A DNA stretch of 64,000 nt from Podarcis erhardii (lineage: Eukaryota): the NCBI GenBank assembly GCA_964252035.1, contig OZ176200.1; one strand, 5' to 3'. The translations under genes and the position numbers were made by a program. Positions 1-12,781 of this stretch are shown piece after piece; the first letter of the stretch is position 1; the number at the start of each line of letters is the position of its first letter. The notes beneath the pieces are model-generated. The model did not search any database and was not told where the DNA came from. It worked only from the letters and a program-made list of their open reading frames with translations.

Positions 1-810
1 AATGTCCTTTGAAAAGGAATTGCTTCTATAATTAAAATAGATGCCAAGGATGGGTGAAAAGGCTAGAGGCAGCTTCAAGGTGGAACCCAGAACAGGGCAA
101 TACAGTATCCCCCCTCTCACCCACAGTCCTCCTTATGTGGTCATGTGAGTAGCAGGAAAGGAGGAGGGAGCTGGTATTCAGGGATTGTTCTGGATCCGCA
201 TACCCTCCAATATTCTGCAGATGAAAACAGGAAGATTTCTCACCGCCCCCCCCCCAACTGAACCTCATTTGTGTCTCCCCCTCAAGCATTTCCTAACAGA
301 AGAAGGGCAAGTGCCACCACAACTACAACAACAGGACACAGCACACACACCTTCTACTGTCCTGAGAAAACTCCTTAAACCCAATTTTGTGTTATTCTTT
401 GCTAGATTTACAAAAAGAAACACACACACACCAATACATACATTTTAGAAAGGGGCAAGATTAGATGCGGGCGCACAAAGCACTTAATAAGCGTTCAACT
501 CCCCCTTTCTTTCCGCCCCGGGCAGCCCTGCCCTCTGCCTGCCCCTCAGAGCTGGCGCGTCACTAGGGGCTGGGCCTCGGTGGCCACAGCCTCTCATCCT
601 CCTCACCTTCTCTTCAGCAGCCACTGTGAGTTACCCAGGGAGGAGGCTGGTAGTGGCAACCATGGAGAGGCCACGGAGAGGCAATGGGGTGCTCCTTTAC
701 GGCCACAGCCGCTGGCATCGCTTGGGACAAGTGCCAACTCATTCTCCTCCCCAAGCTCAACAGCAGTTGCACTGGCAGGGAAAATGGGGACATTCAGGGA
801 TCAAATCAGC

Positions 811-860
811 AGCCCTGTTTAGGGAAGTTTTTAATGTCTGATGTTTTATCATTTTTTAAA

Positions 861-902
<42 letters not shown>

Positions 903-1005
903 CATTAATTCTGTTGGGAGCCACCCAGAGTGGCTGGGAAAACCCAGCCAGATGGATGGGGTATAAATAATAAACTATATTATTATTAATAATAATAATC
1001 ATAAT
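811..1005 (+). mobile_element. L2 LINE 3' tail with internal (TAT)n expansion
   Basis: ccctgtttagggaagtttttaatg...gagccacccagagtggctggg...ccagatggatggggtataaataataaa matches the tail of the L2 copy at about 17990-18118. Confidence 0.75.
861..902. repeat. (TAT)n microsatellite, about 14 units
   Basis: Direct reading. Confidence 0.95.
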
Positions 1006-2300
1006 TCCAGGACTGTCCCTGGAAAATCAGGCCATTTGGACGGTATGGATCCCTCTCTCCTAAATTGGCCAGAAGACAAGCCTGAGGCTGACTTTTGACT
1101 ACCATTTCCTTAAGAATAAGAACTGTATACCTCCCTTCACCTGTAAATCTCGGCGGTTCACCACATAAAAATGCAAGATAAAAAAAACCACAAAATACAT
1201 AGTAAAATAAAGAGTTAAAACAAAATGAATGAAGGTCATGATTTTACCTACCTTCCACCTGACATCACATATGATGATGGGAAGGGGCAAGTGGGTGTGG
1301 TTTGGGAAAAACCCAAATGAATTAGGCCCACGGAGTGGATATTCCCGAACTCTGGGCTAGATGGACTAATAGTCTGAATTAGTATAAGGCAACTTCCTAT
1401 ATTCCTATAAGTTGCTATGTATTAAGTTTCCAAGAGGCAAAAAATATTATTTGCATGCCTAAATTTCATTCGCAGGTGAATCACCTTTGCCTTGACCAAG
1501 AGTGGATTTCAACGTAGCCCTAAATGGCCTTCGATCACAGCATGTTGAATCAGACCCTGTTGCAAAGCACAACTTGAATGTTCTCCCGCAACCTCAGTAC
1601 CCAGTCTGTAAAATGGAATTACAGCAACTGCTATTGGAGCATTTGCCAGCACCGTTGTAAGAACAGGCAAAGAAGATTTACAAGCACTTTGCGCATTTAT
1701 ATCACACAGGTGCTTATGTATTAGGTGAAATCTGCTGCGCTTAAATTACTGAGCCTCCATAAGGGGAAGGGCGTGAGTCTCTCCCAAGTCCTAGCCTCCC
1801 CCTGCTGTTCCCACCTGCCTTTTTTATGCCATCTTCAGAATAAAAGGCAACATGTTGCACAAGCCTGTGGTTCCTTTGAAAACATTTGACTCCAGAGGAG
1901 GACATCTGGGATAAATGAATTGTAAATGCTGCCATTAATTATTCATCTTAAAAACTAAAGCAAATGTCACAAGAAAATAATAATAGGAGTCAAACTGCAG
2001 GTCACAGTTGTTTTCAGTATTTCTGTAGACATGTTTGACTCCAGTTAGGCATTAGAGTATCAAATCAATCAATTTATTTTCCCCCCAGTATAAACCAAAA
2101 CCACCAAAACAAAAGAAACCCAAATTAAATAGATCTCAGATTTATAATTTTCTGATCGAGTTATTAGTAAAGACAACCAGTTCAGTAAAGCTGCTCACCT
2201 TCTGTTTCATCTTTTTAAGAGAGATGTCAGGGAGAAATGCCAGCCTTTAAGCCTAACCCATTGAAGTTATGATTTTTATCTTTGGGTGAGATCCTGTACT

Positions 2301-2970
2301 CAGTGGCGTAGCGTGGGGGGTGCAGGGGGGGCCGGCCGCACCGGGCGCAACATCTGGGGGTTAGGGTTAGGGGGCGCAAATCCACGGGCATAGGCGCCTA
2401 CTCCATGGGGCCTGAGGGGGCCCGAGCCCCCTCAAAAATTCGTTTGGGGGGGCTCTGCCCCCCCAATAATTTAAGAAAATTATTAGTTATATTATGCTTT
2501 GTAAAATCACAAAATTATGTTGGTATTTTTTATTTTCCTTGTTTGACGATAGTTACCTTTTAAAATACATTCAGTAATGAGTTAAAACAAAGCCACTCCC
2601 GATCTAGAGAGGGGGTGGGGTTGCGGGCTCTCGACCCATCAACAATCTCGCGGGGCTGGCGTCAGCCCCGCGAGAAGCGGGGATTCCCCCTAGCTCATTA
2701 ATATTCACAGCCCACGGCGGCAGCCAATCGGCTGCCGCAAAGGGCGGGCCCTCACAGGTTCACTTAAGGTCGGGGCAGCCTGGGGCTCGCCCCTTTCGTT
2801 CCCCCAGCAGCAGCGGTTTGGAGGTCTTGGGCCCCCCCAATATTTTTTATAAGTCGGTATGGGCCCCCGCCCCCCCAATATTTTTTATAAGTCGGCGCCC
2901 CTGTCCACGGGTTAGGGGGCGCAAATTACTTGCCTTGCCCCGGGTGCTGACAACCCACGCTACGCCACTG
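2301..2970. mobile_element. hAT-type MITE (outer element of a nest)
   Basis: 17-bp perfect terminal inverted repeat (TIR) cagtggcgtagcgtggg / cccacgctacgccactg. Perfect 8-bp TSD cctgtact (2293-2300, 2971-2978). Confidence 0.9.
2389..2903. mobile_element. hAT-type MITE nested inside the 2301-2970 element
   Basis: Imperfect TIR cataggcgcc / ggcgcccctg. Perfect 8-bp TSD tccacggg (2381-2388, 2904-2911). CpG-rich interior with a subterminal tandem duplication at about 2828-2897. Confidence 0.85.
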
Positions 2971-5900
2971 CCTGTACTTACTTACCTAGAATCCACCTCA
3001 TTGAAGCAGCAGTGACACTCAGAAACTGGGAGAGCAATGCAGCCCTACCCATGCCACCCCACCAGTCACTACTAACTATAGCAATGGTACCCCCCAACCC
3101 TTTTAAAAGCAAAGGTTTTTGTGCTTTGGGAGAGATGTGTTAGCCTGTAATACAGGCACTCCTGAAAAATAATTTCATGTGGCTAGAACACATCAGAGGA
3201 TCGCCCTCTGCCTTCTCTAATGGTTCCCAATCTAGACCTCTTTGCACACGGGAATAGGCTGTTGGTTTGCTTCTGTATCTGAGGATTTTCACTTGTGAAA
3301 ATATGATGATCTCTCTCATCTTTGGCTTGGTCTGAAACGTTTTCCTTCAGCTGACAGTGCTGGAGCAGAGTATATTATTTAGGGAGTCGCAGGGTGTACG
3401 TATGTACTAGCAAAATGGTGGCATTCGCCACCAAAGCAAGTAAATCATGTTTCTCAGCTCAGTGACTTATGCTTAGTGGTGAAGAGGGCCTATACTAAGA
3501 CCAACTTTGAGAAAACAGGACCTATACGCTCCAATTGTGACTACAGACAGATCTCTGCTTTAAAATGTGAGCTGTTTTGTGAATAAACATTTTTTCTTTT
3601 ACTGTTTATGTGTTAAAAGTATAATAGCAACATAGGTATCAGTGAAGATATATACACTACATCTTTAACATTTGTTTTGAAAGACTGACAAATTATTCTG
3701 TGCAAGCAAACATAGTAGAAAATTGAATTGTGTGTTGGGCTTCCCTTCTGGTGTTTTGGCTACTTACGATCTTCTACTCTTCTCCTGTGACCTCATGAAG
3801 AGGACACCCACACATTGTAATAATTGCTGTTTTTACCCCCATTTTATAATGCTGTTATACTGTTTTATTGTTTCAGTTATGGTGTTCCATTGTTTCTTTG
3901 TTATTTCATGCATACCCTTAGAGACTTTTAAATATTAAGTTGCTTAGAAATGTTTTGAAATCTATAAATAGAAAATAAATTGGGGTGGGAAGAAGCTTCA
4001 TTTTGTTAAACTGGTGATTTGTGGAAAGCTGCATTCAGTAAAATCTGTGATACCCAAATGCTAGTGAGGATGAAAACGGGTCATTGCATCTTTCGTTGCT
4101 ATATTTCCAAAGGGAATATATATTTATCATTTCCTGCTGATCCTGGAAAGTCTTTTAGTACTTGAATCATCTCAGTTATGGCCCTTCTATAGTCCAATTG
4201 ACTCCTGCTTCAACTTTGTATTTTTGTAAAGCCCCCTGCCCCACTCCTTCCAATCAGAGATCTGTTTTATTAGCCTGTTTTGTGCTTGCTTAGTACTAAG
4301 CTGTATTTTAAAACTTTCTGTATTGTTGATTTCAGCTGCATTTTTTGCATTAGTTTAAGCTGTTTCGCAGCTTTATTTGTTGGGGGGAAACAAAGAGATT
4401 ATTTCAGTTTAAAGCTGTATTTTCCTTTTGATGTGCATCTTGTGACATGTCTGTTTTCAAATTGATAGAAAAACAAATGAGTGAATCTACATGACTGCTG
4501 CCTTAATTCATTTGGTTTTTGCTATGGGTTTTTGTTTTACTTTGGCTTACTCCCACCCACCCCCAAAATGTTTTCCCAACTACATAATTTATTTTCAGAT
4601 ATATTATTACCTCTGTGAAGGAAATATTGGAAGTTTATTTTGTTGTTCTTATATCTCCAGCAAATAAAGTAAAAAGAAAAGTGAGATACTCTTGCATAAC
4701 AGTTAGTACCGGTACTTTATATACTTAATATTGCTACCACACTGAAACTATTGGATTGATCGTGATGATGGTTAGCAGTCTTGGCACATAGCCATGATAT
4801 ACCCATTGGTCAGTTTTGCTTTCTTCTCTAACTTACAAAACTAGAATTCATAGAAAACAATACATAGGGACATAGCTGCGGTGTATTGTTCAATTTTGGA
4901 TTAGGTCTATTGCCAGATTTTAGGAATTTTGAAGAATAAATAAAGATTAAGAAATAAAGAAATGATTTGTTGCTTGATTTACTGGTCTATTAAAGAAGAA
5001 AAAAGTTCCTCACTTTTAGAGGACACTTGGTTTATTTCCACTTATTTATTAAATTTATATCCTACCCTTCCTGCAAAAGGAACAGCAGGTACCGCATTAG
5101 AAGCATTTACTTATGTGCAAGTATAAAGGGAGAATGACTTTTCTAAGATGGAGCCTGTCCTCTACAGGCTTCATATGCTGTTGTATTTTAAACAGCTCAG
5201 CAAATCTACCAGTCAGTTAATCGGGGCACCTTTTTAGTCAATGAATTTAATCTGTTAATGTAGCAAATTAACTCACTCAATGTTGTCATGCTATTTAAGT
5301 GCTCTTTTCCTCAGTTCTTTTCCTGCTTGTGGGCAAACACAACACCATGTAACTTTCCTGTATCCTCCTGACCGACATTTGCCCCAAGCCGGACCATTGT
5401 GTGTCTTTGGATGGAGCTGCCATATTGAGGATTTCCCGTTTTCTTATGCGGAGAAGGAAACTCTGAGCACACACAACTCCATGTGCATGGAGTTGCTTCC
5501 TCCAAAGTGAAGAATAGGAAATTTCTTGTGGACAGGACAGTCCTATATACATAGCCTGGACACCTGAAGCAAATTGTTCCATATATCTTATCTCCATTGT
5601 CCCAAGAGTAACTCGTGTCTGTGTGTATAAATCTTTAGATCTTTAAATTAAGATTTCAAAAGACAGAATTAAATGCTTTGTCTGTCATGCTTTATAACTG
5701 CTAATTAAAGGTGGTAGCGAAGTAACATGCCATCCAGCCTTCAAAGCTCTTGTCTTAGCACAAGCCTTCTTGTTTTCTTGTATGCATTTCTTGTTTGTTC
5801 ATTTGATATTATCCATTCTTTTCTTCTCGTATCACTTTAGGGATTAAAAAGAGTGGAAATGAGTCATCTCAATATTTCCGCAGCCTCATTTTCACTCTTT

Positions 5901-8900
5901 TCTTTTCATTGTGCCTTTTTTCTTTCTTTCTCTGACCTTCTCCCACGTAATTAATACTAATTAATTAATTAATTAATGTCTGGAAGTGCAGTTTAGTATA
6001 CCAGGCGTCAAATAGAGCTAAATAGATAAGAGTTTGTACCAGAAAGGGCATGTGGGAAAGACAGCAGAGGAAATGGTATATTCCATTGGACCAGCTTGGG
6101 GATTTAAAAGCGAGACAAGTTTCAAAAAATGGGATTCAGAAATCCATGGCCAGGGGTGATGGGGCTCAATAAGGAGGCATGGCCATTTCTATAACTGTTG
6201 CTTGTGCCAGACTAAAGGTGAGACCCAGTGGGTCCTGCGCTAGCCCTGAGCCCTGTGTCAAAATGTTCCATTTCAGGGTTTTCCGCAGGTTGGTACCAGT
6301 GGCATCACTGCCGACACTACCTTCAGCCTACTAGTTTGGCAGGCATGATAGGGCTCACCTTTTTGGTGGGACTTCCCTGCCAATGGCAGAGTTCTTCCAA
6401 TGGTGATGGCCAGGATGGGGTACACTTGCACTCCATTCAACTCCTCCCTCCACATCGAGGGTTTGGATTATCCTATTATTTATTTTATTTAGAGCCTCTC
6501 TAGTCCACTCTTCATTAAAAATAATCCCAGCATAGGGTACAATGTGCAAAACAAATACTTAATGAAAAAGCAGATTTCACAAAATCAGTATGATATTAAA
6601 GCTTATCATTGCAAACCACAAATCAACAAGTCAGGGCAAGCTGCTGAACTTCAGAACTAGTTCAGCTAAATACTGATAGGTGTGTGTGTGTGGTTTTTAA
6701 TTGGCACCCCAAAGTCTCATGGGTTGGTGCCAGTCAAATCTGTGAGAGGTGGGCATAACACAATAGGTTACATCACTCTATCCATCCTTGTACTTTCTAT
6801 TATTTTATATAGACAAACTCTGTCTCACTTATACAGTCACAAGCTGTGAGTCCTAATTTGGATCAGAATCTCCACATCACCTCCACTTCATTGAAAAGGT
6901 GAGAGAAATCCATTCTTTCACCACCCTCACTGTTTATGACAGGTTTACTAAGGGGTGCTATGGAGTGATTAATTAGTGTTAAGTTAACTCAAGTGTGAAC
7001 ACTTAAGAAGTGGCTATAATACATGTACAGCAAACATGATGAAACACATTTAACAATAGTACTAAGCATTCATACTGCATTTTAGAAGAGCTTTAATGTT
7101 TTTGGTGCTTCCTAAAAATATTCTTGTTCAGACGAGCCTATACAGATGCTTAGAAAGTTGAGGTAATTTTAATCGGCTTTAGAACTTTAACTTTTGTATG
7201 TTTTAAAGTAGGGTTGTAATTTGTTTGTTTGTTTTATTGTCTTGTCTTTTTGTAAACCACTTTGAGGTTTCTTACAATCAAGCAATGTATAAATTGTGTG
7301 AAATAAATTAAAGAAGGAAGACTTATGGTTTCCAAAAAGGGTAATTTTTCCTAAAGTTGTGACCAATTTTCAGGGCACATTCTAAGCATTCTGATTAAGA
7401 GACACACCTAAGGTATTTTTTTGAGGGAAACTAAAACTTGTGATAAAACTTGTGAACTTTTTCCAGAGGAATTGGATCTGCATATCTTTTCCAAACTTGG
7501 AAATTAGTGTAGCTGTCTTCTATCAGAAGCTTTTATTGTGTCCATTTCGGTAGAGGCTTCCCATACAGTTTTCCCTTTCTCTGGGTTCAGACAGCTGCCC
7601 ATTCGCACCACCTTCGTTTTCAGGCTTAAATTAATAAATGTGAGCCATAATGATCTGCGGCCTTAAAAACCCCTCATTGCCTTCTCCTCCTCCAGTTAGT
7701 TGTTCATATGAGGTACTGACATATCATACCTGGTTGAACAGCTAACTGGCCTTGCGAGTGTGGAGGAACTTATGAAGAGCTAATAATAAAGACCCATCTG
7801 ACCAGCACTGCTATGGGGAAAATTTGCCTTCCTCCCATCAAAACCTACTGCCTTCTCCTTTCATTGTAGTCTCCCCTGACCTGCAACTCCTGTTGTTTTT
7901 TCTTTTGCTGACATGCTGCCACTGTGAGCAGAGATCGTGAACATTTAACTCATGACCACATATAAAAAGTTATTTCCTATTGGTACCCAGAAATTAATTC
8001 CTTCTGAACTGCCAACTGAAAAAATACTCATAACATCTACTTCTGGCATGCCAGATGTTTTTAAGAGCAAAAGAAAAGCAAAAGCACATCAGGCATTAAA
8101 ATGGCTAATGTGGTATCTTAGGTATTATTCCCTGGGCTGTGGAGTCAAGAATGTATTTTTATTTTTCTATTTTTTATTATTAATTTTCAAGAAACAGGAT
8201 ATAAGCATAAGCATGACATTATCCAATGGCCAGGTCAGTAAGTATTTTGTATAAAATTTATAATATTTTGTTCATTCATATTCAAAATCAGATTTTCAAA
8301 TGGTGTCTATGGTCTAATTGCCTGAAACTACCGAATGTGAGATAGACTAATAGCCAATTCACATCACACCCCTCCATTCTTTCCATGATCTATGGAAGTA
8401 TGTGAATGAAAGTTTTATCAAGTAGGCTACCATCCACAGTCCTTACACTGAACTGGGTACCTTAAAAATCTGTATAGAAGCAACGTTAGCTATGCTCCAA
8501 AGATTCAAGTGTATTTAGAGTGATGTAGAGATTGAGACACCAGCCTTGATTGTTTTTGTCACTGGTATGAAGTGCTCTACTAACATGAGCAATGTAACAC
8601 CTGAAATGGAAATTTGTCCACCTAACCCACGGTGGGTTTTTAGCGAACTTCTATTGAAGTTCTAAATGTACATTCACATGGGCTAGCTCTGCCGTTAGAC
8701 AGAGTGAGATGGCTGTCTTAGGCAGTGGAGATATGCTGTTTAGGTGTTAGCGGACAGACCCGTGCTGCACCCCATTAGCTAGACTGCACCCCTAAGATAA
8801 TGTGGAGAACACTGTCCCATCACCAGTTCAGATGGCTTTTGTACATGGAGCTGTGGAGCAGGGGGAAGAGGAGCTTGCTCTTTTTTCTCAGGCGGTAAAA

Positions 8901-11900
8901 TTTCTTGGGCCAGCCCTGACTTTCACAGATTTTTTACAGGTAGAAATCATTAGCTCTTGGTTTATATGTTACATTGCTCCCACTAATGCTAGTTGATGCC
9001 AGTAATAGAACAACTAAAAGCTGCAACTGAAAGAACAACAATCATCAAAGACACCATACCTCTTTGTTTGTAAACTGTTACAGTTGTGGTGTTTCTGGTG
9101 ACAGAACTCTGTAACAAAGAGGGATTCGCCTTTTTGGACTGAGGCTGTCAGTATTAATGTCCTGGATTCTTAAAAACTGAAAAAAAACAGGATGGGATTC
9201 ACCCTGTGAACCTCATCTGTGGAAACCTTGCTTGCGCAGTGGGGATTTCCTCCCTCTCCTCACCCCTTCCATGTCCCCACAAACCTGAAATTGGCCCTGG
9301 GGGTGGGTTTGGGAGCACCCCCAAGAAACAGGGCAAGCTTTCTGTTTGGCAAGCTGAAATGCTTGCACAGGATCGAATTCAACCCTTAGCTTTCTTGAGT
9401 TCTGGCACCTATTACTGCAGAAAGTTTCTCTGAGGAGTTTGCTGAGTCATGCTTAAAAGTCAAATAATTGGACGGCAGTGACACATCTTGTTTAGAAGAA
9501 GAGGAAGTATGAAAAAGCACTTTTGAATTATAAAGTGTTAATGCATTCCTAATTGCACTAGAGTTCTTCTTAAGATGCCCTGTGAATCAGATTTTCCCTG
9601 TTATTACAGCAGGGTAGTACATTTGGTGAGCTTGAAAAGAGAATGTATAACTGGTGCAGGTTTTCCCAAAACAAGACCTGACTAAATAAGAGGGTGGGTA
9701 CAAAAGCAGCCACAGATTCAGGGAGAAAACTGAAGCGCCTCCTTAATGTTTTTTGAAAGTATGGAATTATAGATGAGTTTTCATTAAAAAATTGTTTAGT
9801 GAAGTGTTGAAAGATGCTTTGAATTGCTCCCACCTCCAGCCATCATCTTCCTTCTGTTGGCCTCTTGAGTAAAAGCGAATGTGGTCATTCCTGTTGCTTC
9901 TAACACTTTATAGCTTATGCATTTGGTTAAGTCTCTGGACCAAAGTAGATGAGATGTTTAGAGATTCTGAATGGAAAAACTCTCTTCCCCCCAGCATCAC
10001 TCACTTGGTCCAGTTGGGAGCCCTTTGAATCTGCTTTAAATTAAAAGATGGGGAGACCTGCTCTGAATTGATAGTAAACCTTTTCAACCTCCCACTGATA
10101 AATTTTGAGTGTGAAGGAAGCAGCCATTGGTTATGCATGGTATGTGCCCATCCAACCTAACCTGTTCACAGTCTCATTAAATTGGAGTATTTCAGGATTT
10201 AGATAGCCTGCAATTCTATCAGTGCACTCCCATTAGCACTTTGTATTGTTGTGTATGTAACATTACCCCAGTATAGCTATGGAAATACCCTATTTTAAGC
10301 TGCCTATGTGGTACAGCTTTTAAGATTCATCTATTACTTCCATTGAGTGCAATAGGGCCACATGAGCTTACATTCTAGCATTTCATTCAGATCTGTGTAT
10401 AATACAGTACCTAGTCCACTTGCCCATGCTCTTCCTTTCATCCTCAGAAGCGTGTGTCTTCAGCTACTGTAGCAAATCCGTCCAACCCTCCTGTGAATCA
10501 GTGGGAGGCAGAAGAATAGAGTCACATGGCAATTTTCAACATTGAAACACTTAACTGTGGCATGTCAGCTGTCACATGGTTTTCCCTTTGCTAGCAGAAG
10601 CCAATAGGTGCTTCAAATACCTGTGAAGCACTGGAGAATGAATGGGTCATAATGTAGATTTAATTGCAATTGCAGTCCTTTTCTTGTTGCTGCTGAAAAG
10701 CCGCAGGCCAAGGACTGTGGGCCAAATTGTTCATTTGCAATGCAGACATTCATATTAATCCAGGCAAGGCGATATGAGGGGGTGCTGCTTCAAAAAGTGT
10801 TAGAAGGATTTCTGAACATCTCCTGTCCTATGTAAACAAAGTATGAAAATACAAGGTGATCAGTAATGCTGTTGACAATTCCCAAGGAGGCCAGCAGCAT
10901 TTACTTTAAGTGCCAGTATACATCAAGGCAAAATCAGGATTATTTACTAAATTCTATCAAGCAGTGCAAACATGTAGGTAAATGCTTGAAGTTTTATTTT
11001 CTCTCCTAAATGGCACCAATCTTCATATGTGACTGTCCCTTGGGAGGTAACTGAAGAAAGGCAACATTACTTGTGACTGAGCAGGTTCCTTTATGCTCTG
11101 GCTTTCTTTAAAATATTTTTGAAATCTTAGAACACAGAGTTCTTCCCAGCTTCCTTCATACAGAGAGGCAAAGCTATATAATTGTGTTAGGAGTTTTGTT
11201 CGCAACAAATCAAAAATAATCATAGTGCTGCTGCTTTGCAAGACATTTTTGCTCTCTTAAATTGCATTAGCTTGGTAATTTGTAGAAATACCTCCTGTAC
11301 CTGTCCTAACTGATTTATGATGTGGTTTTATCCAGTCTCTGGGTTGAACACAGCCTGTATTTTTATTCTATTAGCATGTACCCACTTACAGCTAAATAAT
11401 TTGTGTTATTGTTTGTTCAGATTTTATTCCTCCTGTGTCCCTCATACTCAGGGTGCATTATGACACAGGCACACACCCCCCACACACAGAAGACTACATT
11501 AATTCAAATGTTACAGTAAGATTAAAAACTATAAAACAAAAATAGTGTCATGTAACATTTATTATATTTATGATGATAAAATTCTCTAGATGCCATACAA
11601 ATAACAAGAGAATAAAGACATTACAACCAAACTACACTGCAGTGAAAACAGAATAAATGTAAGGGAGAAAGTAAGCTGAAAAGCAATATCCCATTCTCCT
11701 CAGTCTTGCTCCTACCATTATTTTGAAATACTTATCAATTGCCTTATTATTAAAAACCCTCAAAGCAGTGTATGCAGTAAAATTATTGGTAAAATATCAT
11801 TGCTCTTTAGGTGAGCTAAGGTGAGCTGCTTTTCAAATCCAGAAAGAATGGTGAAGGCTCTCTTGCCTTCTCTCAGGACAATTTAAGTCTGTGGCTTTTG

Positions 11901-12131
11901 GTAATTTCTAAATTGGCAAGCTATGGTTTGCAGTTGGATGGCTCACAGCTTAACTATGGTTTGAACCTTGCCCACAGTAGGGCATGCTCAAGACAACGAG
12001 GTTAACATCAAGAGTGGTGTGGTGTGGCAAGATAGCTGGTCTGTCTGAGGTAGTGAGATGGGGCTCCTTCCTACTGCTAACAAATCTTTGCAATGATTTG
12101 TTGTTTTGAGGAGGGAACTGGCAGGGGAAGA

Positions 12132-12276
12132 ATAGAATCATAGAATTGTAGATCTGGAAGGACCATGATGGTCACCTAGTCCAACACTCTACAAAGCAGG
12201 AATCTTTCTGCCCCATGTGGGTCTTGAACCTATGACCCTGAGATTATGAATCTCATGCGCTACCAACTGATGTGCC
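12132..12276 (-). mobile_element. tRNA-derived SINE with CR1-type 3' tail
   Basis: Reverse complement has a tRNA-like head (tcagttggtagcgcatgag...ggttcaagacc) fused to ggtccttccagatctacaattctatgattctat, a CR1-type terminus. Confidence 0.75.
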
Positions 12277-12448
12277 ATTGGGGGTTGTAATCATTTCTTG
12301 CATGCACTTCTAATATGTTGGTGGGTTGTTGTTTTTTTAGACTTTGCAAAGAATAATTGATTTGTAGCTGTGGAGAATCAAAGCCTGAAGAAAAAATCTT
12401 TTAAAATGTTGTGTTAATATAAAAATATGATTTTTAAAAAAGGTAATA

Positions 12449-12781
12449 GGTAAAGGTAAAGGGACCGCTGACCATTAAGTCCAGTCGTGGATGACTCTGG
12501 GGTTGCGGCGCTCATCTCGCTTTATTGGCCGAGGGAGCCGGCGTACAGCTTCCGCGTCATGTGGCCAGCATGACTAAGCCACTTCTGGTGAACCAGAGCA
12601 GTGCGCGGAAACGCTGTTTACCTTCCTGCCAGAGCGGTACCTATTTATCTACTTGCACTTTGATGTGCTTTTAAACTGCTAGGTTGGCAGGAGCAAGGAC
12701 CGAACAACGGAACCGCCGACCTTCTGATTGGCAAGCCCTAGGCTCTGTGGTATAGAGTGACCACAGCGCCACCTGCGTCCC
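12449..12781 (-). mobile_element. Sauria SINE (Squam1 type)
   Basis: (GGTAAA)n tail on the + strand, recognisable body, tRNA-like head ending ccacagcgccacctgcgtccc. A-rich flanking duplication ...aaggtaata. Confidence 0.9.

Larger units (their letters stand above)
199..1047. mobile_element. Degraded non-autonomous DNA transposon (probably hAT-type), interrupted by an L2 tail
   Basis: Termini cataccctccaa ... ttggacggtatg form an 11/12 inverted repeat. Subterminal gggacattcagggatcaaatcag and ccaggactgtccctggaaaat are split by an L2 3' end. TSD is not clean. Confidence 0.5.

Noticed and set aside
684-908. Poly-Tyr ORF (also poly-Cys/Leu at 31154-31538 and YLFI repeats at 48309-48685)
   Set aside because: Translations of microsatellites.
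12200-12276. tRNA gene
   Set aside because: Degenerate cloverleaf fused to a CR1-type tail; this is a SINE head. The same applies to about 43230-43305.
12760-12781. CTCF-like GCAGGTGGCGCTG in the Sauria SINE head
   Set aside because: It overlaps the pol III A-box, which already explains the sequence, and lacks the 5' CCA of the core.
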